A stretch of DNA of 62,000 nt, taken from Diadema setosum. Its lineage: Eukaryota. A program made the translations under genes and the position numbers. The notes beneath the pieces were generated by a model. It was not told the DNA's origin and did not search any database. It was given only the letters and a program-made list of their open reading frames with translations. This document shows, in pieces, positions 25,901 to 34,709 of the stretch (within the stretch, counting starts at the first letter, position 1; the number at the start of each line of letters is the position of its first letter). The DNA lies in assembly GCF_964275005.1 (NCBI RefSeq), contig NC_092705.1, positions 4,030,001 through 4,092,000 of the forward strand, in the 5' to 3' direction.

Positions 25901-28900
25901 TTCCATTCACCTGCCGATATCTTTCACCCTTGCACATTCATTTCTATTTTCCTTACCCCCTGATCACTGCCGCATGCACTTTGTCTGTAAACCTCGTTTC
26001 CTACCATACACACTCATATTTCGTTCATCTTGAATGCACTCCCTGTACCTATATGCATAATTTCATCTGTTTCACCTGTTGTCGTGTGCTGTGGATTCTC
26101 GCGCTCGCGCAACTTTGCCAATATCTTACGCATTTGCGCCTGCGCAATGGTGCCCTGTCTCAATGCAGACATCATCAAGCTATGACCTAAGGAAGCTAGC
26201 GCGCGATAGCGACAGCCGCGCGAGCTCAAGGCCAAACAGTAGCCTCTCGAAGCCACCCGTCGGCTCGCGGCCCGCTTCCCAATCCTCCTTCGTCAACGGC
26301 ACCAGCAAGCCCGTGTGGAATAGCAATAATGGAGATGTGAACTCAAACAACATTCCCATGACGAAGACAAATGGGAGCGTGAGCCAGCAAAACGTGAACG
26401 CGGTGCCCAACGCCAACGGGAGGGCGAACATCAAGAACGACCTGATCGTGGGCGACGTGGAGAGCTTGGGCGGCGAGAGCCAGGTCGAGTACGGGAGTCA
26501 AACGCAGCTCCTCAGCGTGCCTAACGGCGGCCTGCGCGACTCTGATTCGGGCATCCACAGCGCGCAGCGCACACCTGTCATTCCTGACACCACTGACCCA
26601 CCCTCTGACCCTTCCTCCGATCCTAACGATCCAAAGAGACGGATGTCACTCGTCGATGGACACCACCACCACCACCATCATCACCACCATGAGGACGGCA
26701 AGGCGGAAGAGAATGGCCACGCCCAGGTAAGGACCCCTCCCCTCTTTTCTTTGACTGAAATAAACCGTAAGGAACATGAACGATGCAGAAGAAAAAAAAA
26801 TGCACACACGCACCAACAAACACACTTACGCACACCATCATAATTCTTCTTCCGTGGTGGGATACAGAGAACAAAAGAGTGCAATGATCCCCTTTATTCC
26901 GTCATGCTTGTCGGGTAAAAACTCATTAGGTGAAAACAATACAGTTCCCTAACAATCGATGTGTGTGTGCGAGTATGTGTACACACACCCACACACACAC
27001 ACACAATCTATATCCAACATACACACACGCAGGCATGCGTTTGCTCCACTAAAGGCTCCCTACTTGATAATGATTGAAAGTTATAGTGATCTTTTCTTAC
27101 TGAGATAATGACTTACTGAAATGATAAATAAACGAAATCCAACTGACGCAGAAAAGAAAAGAAAAGAAAAACATGAATATAATAAATAATCATTTTTTTT
27201 TTTGGTTAACATATGTTTATCGATTCATCTATTCATTTACTTATAAATCAATCAATCGATCTTTCCATTGTTATTTATACTTTTAGGAATGTAAATGGCT
27301 TTCAATATGATGCTTTTACCATGATTGTATGATACATTCACACATTTTTATGCTCATTATCAGGACGGGGAGAAGAAGGAGGAGGAGGAGGAGGAGGAAG
27401 AGGAAGAGCCCACCCTCCGACCCATCCCGTGTTTTCCCGCCATCAACATGTACTACCCTGACAAGGAGATTCTGGCTGACACCTGCGGCTGCCTGCGGTA
27501 TGCCCTCAAGTGGGTCCTTTTCATCATCAGCTTCCCATTCATGTGCGCCTTCACGTGGACCATCCCCAACTGCAGCCTGCCGCACCTCAGGTACGTGGGT
27601 CAGCGGAACACCGCTTTTAAGACCTTTTGACACCTCCAGCTACCACTGACGATAGTAATAATTATAGGGTCATCCCACGAGACCGACACTCACGAGTCAT
27701 ACAGCCCACGAGTTTGACATTGAAAACAGGTCCATGAGTCATACAGCTCACGAGTCATACAGCCCGTGAGTTCGACACTAGGCAAGCTAGTAAAGCCCAT
27801 GAGTTCGACACTAAAGGTAAAAACAGTCCACGAGTTCGACAGATACAACACGGGGCTTAATGTGTCGGTCTCGTGGGCCTTGTTTGCTTAATGTCGAAAT
27901 CATGGGTTGTATGACTTGTGAGCTGTATTACTCGTGGGCTGTATAACTCATGAGCTGTATGACTTGTGGACTGTGTGACTCGTGGGTGTCGAACTCGTGA
28001 CGTGCACCCATAATATGGTTAAGGTCTTTATTGACACTGTTTAACCAGATGTCTCTGCCATTATTACTTCTCTAACCTTGCCAGGTAAACCTATATACCT
28101 GGGTCGAGAGAGACATGGCTGGTGAAAATGATATCTTGTCCAAGGACAGTGCGGCAGCCTCCACATAGTATGATGGTGTCATTCCAACTCTTCTTGTAGT
28201 CTTGTAGCCTAATCAGTACAACGATTTTACACTGACTGTCTTCTGCGTTAACGCTAGTTATGTCCGCACAAGAAAGAAGATTATCAGTAGACTCCTCTTT
28301 TTTCTGTCTTTTTTATGTGTTTCCAGAGTCAGGGAAAATGAAATTGTCATGCATGAGTAATTTTTCCATGCTTCCTTTCTTTTCCTTCCATCTTCAGGAA
28401 GTATTACGTCGCATCCTTCCTCTTGTCCATCTTCTGGATCGCCGCGCTCAGCTTCGGGATGGTCACTCTGGTCATCAAGATGGGCTGCATCCTCAATGTC
28501 AACGAATTCACCATGGGCCTGGTCATCGTCGCCATTGGCACCAGTGTCCCGGTGAGTTTTTTTTTTTTTTTTTTTTCACTACCAAGTCGATGTCGGGGAG
28601 GGATCCTATTTTAACCCATTGCTCCGATGTTGCACTGTGTTACCGTCTAGGGAGCCTTCATTTGTTTAAAAAAAACGCGTTGGTGACCTTCATTTTAGAT
28701 GAACTGAAGCCCGTGTCTAATATATCGCAATGTTAAAGTAGCTACCCCGTCATGGGAAATCTTTCCAGAGGTATAGACGATGGTCCTTTATGCTTTGTGC
28801 TCATGCTCCGAACTGGATTACTGAACGTCCCATTAGCTCAGTGTTTGTTTCATTTTAATGTTGTGATAATGATAATGATAATGATAATGATAATGATAAT

Positions 28901-28958
28901 GATAATGATAAGGATAAGGATAATAATAACGATGATGATCACTATAATTATCATGATT

Positions 28959-28992
<34 letters not shown>

Positions 28993-31149
28993 CCACCACA
29001 TGTAAGGCCGGGCGTTGTGGCGTGTGCCTGTAATCCAGCTACTTTAGAGGCAAGAACGGGGATATGGCTCAGTTGGTAGTGCGTCTACCTTCACATCCAA
29101 GAGCACCGGGTTCGAGTCCCGAGTATCACTGAGCAATGATGTGTGTAATCATTCCGTCCCCTCTAGTTAGAGGCAAAACACTCTGTCCCTCGGATAGGAC
29201 ATTAATGGAGGTAACCTGTGTGTGTTAGCCACGACACAAGCACGTAAAAGATCCCACTTCATTCATTCATCGCAAAGAGCAGGGTGCCAACCCGGTGAAG
29301 TGGTCCCACTACCACCCACACAAGAAAACGGGCGAATGATGCCGACCCCTCGTGTTTCGCCCCAGGTGACTAGCAATAGTCAGGAAACGGTATCAACCAG
29401 GCTCACTGTGCCATACGCTTGAATGAATGAATAGATAAATGAATGAATCACATGTAAGGCCTACCTATCATTACCACCGTCATAATTACCCAGAATGTTT
29501 GTGCATTATTGTTGCTATGGTTTGCTGTTATATATGTGTTGTTTTTTTTCCGTTGTCGACTTCCAGGATGCGCTGAGTTCCATATTGGTGGCCCGGGATG
29601 GCTACGGGGATATGGCCGTCTCCAACGCCATCGGATCCAACGTTTTCGACATCAACCTCGGACTCGGCCTTCCTTTCCTCATCCGAGTCCTTGTCAAAGG
29701 CGAGAACATGGCTCTTCTGGGCCCCGAGGATATGGTGAGCTCTTTGTTTCTTTGTGTGTCTGTTTGTTTGGGTGTTTTGTTTGGATGTCTGTTTGTTAGT
29801 GTGTTTTTGCTAGGGTGTTTGTCAAAAATCTGTGGATCACTTGCTTAAGGGTGTTCACTCCATTCAACTTTTGAAAAACAAAAATATGTTGTTGTCATTT
29901 GAAGATCAGTACATATACATTATTTTATTGCCTATCGTGCGACAAAATGTGCGAAACCTTTTCTGATTTGTGAAAATTTTTCAAGTGTATTTTTTGTTCA
30001 AATATATTCATCCACAACCTATTACAGACAGATAATGAGAGATAGAAGTGGCAGGGGGTAGGGGAGTTGATAAGGTAAGCTGTATGCTGATATAACTCGT
30101 TATTGCAAGACATGTTAAGGACATCAGCGAAACACGTACAAATATATTCGTGGGTGAAATAATGGATAAAGAAGGACTGAACAGACTATGGACTAAGAAT
30201 GATTTGATTTCATTTAACCACTGAGGAAGTGATAGCGAGCTTTCGAACTGCGACGTGATGGCTATAGCCCGCCGCACACTGTACGACTCACGACTATACG
30301 ATTGACAAGTCGACTGACAGACTTTGGATCTGAAATAAACACGCGTGTTTACTTTTATGCTATTGTGATTCATTTCGCATCCACAGTCTGTCAGTCGTAA
30401 GGTCGTGAGTCGTGTAGTGTTCGGCGGGCTTATATTAAGACGACGCTAATTAGGCCAACAAATGGTGTTCTGCACATGCGAGACAGCTGTTTCCATTGTC
30501 CAACCCGGGAGGCTGCGTCGTACTAGCGTTTGCGTCGCGGATCTAAAGCTCGGTATTGAATGCTGTCCGCCCAAGGGCTGGGCAATGAAGATATAGTTAC
30601 ATTGCCTAGGGCTACAATCACTGCAGCAACGGGACTCAAACCAAAAACCTCTTGGTGTTTCATCTTAACCACTCAGCCACAACACCTCTGTGCATAAGGA
30701 AGTATGATGAAGGGTGCACGTCACGAGTTCGACACCCACGAATCATGTGAGCTCATGAGTCACACAGCCCATGAGTTATACAATCCATGAGTTATGCAGT
30801 CCACGAGTTATACAGCCCACTAGTCATAAGGCCCATGAGTTTGACACTAAGCAAACAATGCCCACGAGACCGACACATTATGCCTCGTGTTGCAATGTCA
30901 AACTCGTGGGCTGTCACCTTACCTGTTGTCGAACTCACTGACCTTATTTGCCCAGTGCCGATCGAACTTATGCGCTGTATGACTCGTGGACTATGACTCA
31001 CTGAACTTTTTCAATGTCGAGCTCGTGGGCTGTCTGTCTTGTACGTGGGTGTCGGTCTCGTGGGATGAACCCATAATGAAGACATTTTGGCAGTTGCATT
31101 GTTCAGTTGTTGGTTTCATTACTTTACAGTAAGAATTTTATTTTTACTC

Positions 31150-31213
<64 letters not shown>

Positions 31214-31441
31214 CTTCTCGTATACCACCAGATAAGATACGAGGACGGATGGTATGGCCCGATGCCTCCACACGCCAAGTTCGGCTTCATTCTCATCCTC
31301 GTCCTCTTCCTCACCATCATCACGTTCACGGCCGTTCGATTTCGCCTCAACGCCGTCGTTGGTGTCTCCTTCGCCGCCATGTACGTCCTCTTCCTCGTCT
31401 ACGCCTTCATCCAGGAGCTCTTGTGTGAGGGGAGTTGCTGA
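15371..31441 (+). CDS. SLC24A: K+-dependent Na+/Ca2+ exchanger (SLC24/NCKX family), 806 aa; join(15371..15605,21169..21306,22402..22643,23411..23607,24288..24468,24935..25045,26169..26726,27364..27590,28398..28551,29567..29734,31232..31441)
   Basis: All 10 introns are GT-AG with matching phases; exon sum 2421 nt = 806 codons + TGA. Alpha-1 repeat ([42 protein letters not shown]) and alpha-2 repeat ([35 protein letters not shown]) are present. The Asp in GSNVFD is the residue required for K+ dependence in NCKX. Symbol is family-level only; paralog not resolved. Confidence 0.95.
20945..21017. mobile_element. 73-bp Tc1/mariner-type mini MITE with TA target duplication
   Basis: ta|cagtcagccttgcttaagtcga ... 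tcgacttaggcaatgttgactg|ta. Confidence 0.7.
21169..21306 (+). CDS. SLC24A: NCKX coding exon 2 ([10 protein letters not shown]...[15 protein letters not shown])
   Basis: Polypyrimidine + cag acceptor; donor g|gtaagt at 21307; encodes the RHLL motif and TM1. Confidence 0.9.
22402..22643 (+). CDS. SLC24A: NCKX coding exon 3 (alpha-1 repeat)
   Basis: [15 protein letters not shown]...[13 protein letters not shown]...GSAMFNIL; ccag acceptor, aag|gtcagt donor. Confidence 0.97.
23411..23607 (+). CDS. SLC24A: NCKX coding exon 4 (TM4-TM5)
   Basis: [16 protein letters not shown]...[21 protein letters not shown]; ccag acceptor, tg|gtgagt donor (phase 2). Confidence 0.95.
24288..24468 (+). CDS. SLC24A: NCKX coding exon 5 (start of cytoplasmic loop)
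   Basis: gcag acceptor restores the frame (TG+C = Cys); [14 protein letters not shown]...ANADV; donor gtg|gtacgt. Confidence 0.85.
24935..25045 (+). CDS. SLC24A: NCKX coding exon 6 (DRKISVLSS...HGELSSNF, 111 nt, phase 0-0)
   Basis: Pyrimidine tract + acag acceptor, ttc|gtaagt donor, open frame, GC-richer than the flanks. Confidence 0.85.
25412..25690 (+). mobile_element. tRNA-derived SINE in NCKX intron 6
   Basis: A box tggctcagtgag, B box ggttcaaacc, body, (ATT)n tail ~25663-25690. Confidence 0.8.
26169..26726 (+). CDS. SLC24A: NCKX coding exon 7 (558 nt loop exon with DSGIHS, RRMS, His10)
   Basis: First AG after a 308-nt AG-free zone (tgcag|aca); GC-rich codons; donor cag|gtaagg at 26727. 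Confidence 0.88.
27364..27590 (+). CDS. SLC24A: NCKX coding exon 8 (Glu10 tract, [10 protein letters not shown]...TIPNC)
   Basis: tcag acceptor; NCKX-typical TIPxC motif; ag|gtacgt donor (phase 2). Confidence 0.95.
27667..28009 (+). mobile_element. Foldback element built of ~16-bp subrepeats (cacgagtcatacagcc), GGGT..ACCC termini, copy 1
   Basis: Left-half subrepeats are mirrored by reverse-complement subrepeats in the right half; homologous to 30712-31072. Confidence 0.8.
28080..28152 (-). mobile_element. SINE core fragment
   Basis: - strand gtccttggacaagat...tctctcgacccaggtatatagg resembles the central domain of tRNA-SINEs (recalled pattern). Confidence 0.45.
28398..28551 (+). CDS. SLC24A: NCKX coding exon 9 ([19 protein letters not shown]...[13 protein letters not shown])
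   Basis: tcag acceptor, ccg|gtgagt donor; first half of the alpha-2 repeat. Confidence 0.96.
28865..28992. repeat. Compound (ATAATG)n/(ATC)n simple repeat
   Basis: Direct reading; source of the poly-Ile/Met pseudo-ORF 28752-29033. Confidence 0.9.
29006..29448 (+). mobile_element. Composite SINE: 7SL-like head + tRNA-like head + Deu-like domain + (GAAT)n tail, flanked by a direct repeat
   Basis: Direct repeat cacatgtaaggcc at 28997-29009 and 29449-29461; 7SL-like 29007-29051; A box 29065-29076; B box 29109-29119; tail 29421-29448. Confidence 0.85.
29567..29734 (+). CDS. SLC24A: NCKX coding exon 10 ([10 protein letters not shown]...[14 protein letters not shown])
   Basis: ccag acceptor, atg|gtgagc donor; second half of the alpha-2 repeat. 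Confidence 0.96.
30266..30430. mobile_element. MITE with ~29-bp TIRs and 3-bp TSD (TAT); PIF/Harbinger-like
   Basis: tat|agcccgccgcacactgtacgactcacgac ... gtcgtgagtcgtgtagtgttcggcgggct|tat. Confidence 0.8.
30545..30688 (-). mobile_element. Degenerate tRNA-derived SINE
   Basis: - strand gtggctgagtggttaag (A box) ... ggtttgagtccc (B box). Confidence 0.55.
30712..31072 (-). mobile_element. Foldback element copy 2, inverted relative to 27667-28009
   Basis: Starts gggtgcacgtcacgagttcgacac (reverse complement of the copy 1 end) and ends gtgtcggtctcgtgggatgaaccc; flanks atgatgaa / ataatgaa may be an 8-bp TSD. Confidence 0.8.
31150..31211. repeat. (TCTA)n microsatellite directly upstream of the last NCKX acceptor
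   Basis: Direct reading. Confidence 0.95.
31232..31441 (+). CDS. SLC24A: NCKX coding exon 11 (last two TMs, stop TGA)
   Basis: ccag acceptor; [32 protein letters not shown]...[33 protein letters not shown]. This frame is not shown in the ORF track. Confidence 0.92.
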   Translation: MRYEDGWYGPMPPHAKFGFILILVLFLTIITFTAVRFRLNAVVGVSFAAMYVLFLVYAFIQELLCEGSC

Positions 31442-33539
31442 CGGCCGCTTCAGCGACAATACATCATTGTAAATCAGCCAACATCTATCCATTGGATTTA
31501 ATGTCTTAAACACACCAAACATTTTTCTTAGCGAAATCGACAACTAAAGTGCACGATGACTTTCACAACATAGAAAATTATGAAGCGGCCGTAATTTATG
31601 TGACTAAAAAACAATAATAATCAACGAAAATTGCTGAATTAACCCGATGTTTGCTAGAACTGAAGACATGTTTTAGAATTTGTCAAAGCCATATACATTA
31701 CAGTGCTGCACAGATGGAATTTCCTTCGACGGAATGTTCAATAGTAATCATGAAATGTTTTATCGTGCACTCTAATCTACCGGATGAACATGCATTCAGC
31801 GATTTCCTTATCACAAATAGCAACAACGACAAATCTTCATGTGTCGCAGTTGGCTACCAGCAATTTACCGTTGGACTCGTGTGCTTGATGAAAAATTTAT
31901 ATTGTATACTTGTCAGCTATTTGTGAAACGCAAATAGAAAAAAACATGAAGCAAAGACGATGCAATAAAGAATGTCATCAGGGTATCAATAGCCATATTT
32001 GTTATGTAAAGAGGCAAAAAAAAAAAAAGAGACAAGGACAGAACTTTGGGATAACAATGAATTACAGAACATAAAGTAAATTTCGCCATTTTTGTTGGAA
32101 ATCATGTGCGCTTTCAATCTCCCAAGATATGCGCTTGAGTAATAAAGAAGTGATGAGAGAGAATTCTGAGAGCGAGGATTAGTAGATGAATAGTTAGATA
32201 GGTAAGAGATATATTTGAAAGCAGGGAGAGAGAGAGAGAAAGAGATGAATGAGAGAATTGGTAGAAATATTTGGCAGTCAGTTTGGCAATCGTCATTGCA
32301 GAAAGTTCATTTTCACAGATCGCTATAAAGGAAGTTTGCAATTTCTGGAGAGAGTAGATTCCGAAACACTTGAAAAAACAAACAAGCAAACAATGCAATG
32401 GCCGTGCGGCTTTGTTTTCATTGTTCTTTTTGTTTTCCATTGCCCGGGCAGTATTATCACTGGGCGTAAATACTTAGAATTTCAAAAGGATGATAGTGGT
32501 TCAGACGTTGACCACTTACTGCGATACTTCTTGCCATTTTAACATAATATAAGAGCGAAAAAAAGACCGTCCAGTATTTTCTTTTCCTCCGTAGCTAGTT
32601 TGTTTCGAATACGGCCTTATAGATGGCTGTGGTATTTGAGTGTACTTAACCAATTAAATTGGGGGGGGGGGGGGGAGGGGTCTCAGCATGCATTTTTGCA
32701 CACACACACACACGCCCGATCATCACAAATTTGGCGAATCCCAGTGTTGAATGTGTCATGGCAATGGAAAAAAAAAGTTGAGCCGAGTCCATGTATAGTG
32801 TGCCTTAAACACAATAGCAACGAAAAACGAAAACCAATGGCTTGCAGTATCGTATTTCATATCCCTGTTGTTGGTTTTTTTAATTTCATCTTTTGCTCAT
32901 TATTCTTTTTTTTTTCTCTCTCCTCAATCTGTTTAGGTTGATGTGGTGAATTATTTCCTCAAGTATTCACGTGAGGAACGTGATACGCGTTTGACATTAT
33001 CGTGAGTCAAGGATAACTGCCTCTCGTATTGAATAGTGGAGCAGTACAGCAATATCATTATCAGCTAGCATTGCACACTGTCATGGGAAGATGTTGTTGT
33101 GTGTGTTACACGAGTGTACATAGAATTGTGTGAGCGATGCAGCTGTGACTTTTAGCGGTGGGAGATTTTATTATTTTCTTCTCGGAAGCGAGTTTCTCGG
33201 CGCACATAAAGCTAGATGGAGGAATAAAGAACCTTGTGGGTTTCTTTCCTTTTCTGAATAGCGTTGATTCTTCGAGAGAAGCTCCGTTCCCGCATTTCCA
33301 ACGAAAGAAAGAAAGTGTGTGAATTATCATTTGTAGAGAGACGTGTATCATAATTACGAAGTTTATCTTGTACAGGCAGAAACGAACTGGACCGTTATAC
33401 ATATTAATTATTTTCAAGATTGTATATTATGGTTTCTTACAATTTTCGCACAAACGTGGCCTACTTCTATTCGTTATGTGCAGACACACAAAATGTGCTA
33501 TGAGCACCGGTATTCGAGGAGCCTTGTAACTTATTTTCT

Positions 33540-33545
33540 AATAAA
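33540..33545 (+). terminator. Candidate polyadenylation signal of NCKX
   Basis: AATAAA followed by U-rich sequence; other AATAAA (e.g. 31964) are equally possible. Confidence 0.3.
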
Positions 33546-33691
33546 CATGTGATATTAAAATTTACAGACTCGTTTCTTCTCCCGTGATTTCTGGAATGTC
33601 GTTCCGCCATGTCTATATCCGTATCATGTGACTTTTATTCAGACAGTCCTGTCACATTTTTTTTTGTCTTTATTTTCGTTTTGTTTGTTTT

Positions 33692-33742
33692 GTCGAAACG
33701 TCAGGCCATATTATATTACATAATCTATCTTTAAAAAAGCAA

Positions 33743-33778
<36 letters not shown>

Positions 33779-33941
33779 GGCTTTGTCAAGTCAATGGCAG
33801 ATTCTATTTTTATTAACATAAAATCTGCCATTGACTTGACAAAGCCGTATGGGCGAAAATTCGTTAAAACTACGTCTTTCATGGAGTTTTCTTATGAACT
33901 ACTGTTGTGAACCAATACTTTGTTGGACTCCGACCAGTATA

Positions 33942-34004
<63 letters not shown>

Positions 34005-34312
34005 TCATCATCATCATCAAAAACAAAACTGAAACGAAGTTCATGCTGTATTCCCCAACAGTTTATTTCGTCACATAAATTTTCGAGCGATTCGCTCTTT
34101 CAAATGTTGAAACTGAGAGAACAATAACAATGTTGATGAATACAGCATGAACTTTGTTTCAGTTTTGTTTTTGATGAGTATCACGCCAACACGTGGACAA
34201 CTTACTCAATAATGACTGTGATAAAAACCTAAAATGACATTAGAACGCTCTATACTGGCGAGGAAAGCGCATGTTTTAGAAACATGTTTTAATGCTATTT
34301 TAGGTTTTTATC

Positions 34313-34363
<51 letters not shown>

Positions 34364-34524
34364 TAAGAATCAAGAAATAAACTAGTAATGCATTATTTCG
34401 CCAAGAAAGAATAACTGTGGCTTTTGTAATTGATGATTTCATCTGTTTCTTAACGGGAATTATCATACCGACTTCATCCTACCGATGATTATTTATATAT
34501 ATTATATAATATATGGCCTGACGT
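33692..34524. repeat. Cluster of three long hairpins interspersed with (TA)n and bounded by a 14-bp inverted repeat
   Basis: Arms 33779-33803/33822-33846 (25 bp perfect), 34014-34053/34138-34177 (~40 bp), 34219-34235/34297-34313 (17 bp perfect); outer acgtcaggccatat 33698-33711 / 34511-34524. Confidence 0.85.
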
Positions 34525-34703
34525 GTTTATTGAGGTATCAATGTTTGCTAGAATTGAATATATTTCACCTAGGTTTATATAAGGGAGAAATGGTCATGGC
34601 ATTTCTCTGTAGGACATTATACCACGCACAGCAAGCAATCAACACGTTATAAACCATTGTTTCAATACTGGACATATACTGTTCTTCCGCAGACTTTGTC
34701 TAC

Positions 34704-34709
34704 TTTATT
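34704..34709 (-). terminator. Candidate polyadenylation signal of TNFSF
   Basis: AATAAA on - at the end of a long U-rich stretch downstream of the stop; alternative at 34526-34531. Confidence 0.3.

Noticed and set aside
26079..26168. N-terminal part of the 254-aa ORF as coding
   Set aside because: There is no AG acceptor upstream of 26167 for over 300 nt; this part is intronic, as is the ORF tail after 26726.
27667..28009. CRISPR-like array (also 30712-31072 and 53025-54545)
   Set aside because: The repeats are degenerate, abutting and mirrored, without unique spacers; the context is eukaryotic and there are no cas genes.
28752..29033. Poly-Ile/Met membrane-like ORFs (also 40451-40719, 33849-34127)
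   Set aside because: Translations of microsatellites.
29007..29051. Human Alu contamination or a functional 7SL gene
   Set aside because: Only ~45 nt match, with no Alu B-box continuation, A-rich linker or S domain; it is fused to a tRNA module within a genomic TSD.
29058..29130. tRNA gene
   Set aside because: A and B boxes are present but the anticodon arm does not pair well, there is no poly-T terminator, and it lies inside a TSD-flanked SINE.
33692..33710. Intact hammerhead ribozyme
   Set aside because: CGAAACGTC is present but the CTGANGA core and stem II are missing. Other CTGATGA hits (about 4400, 16072, and - strand 4738) lack a paired stem II plus GAAA.
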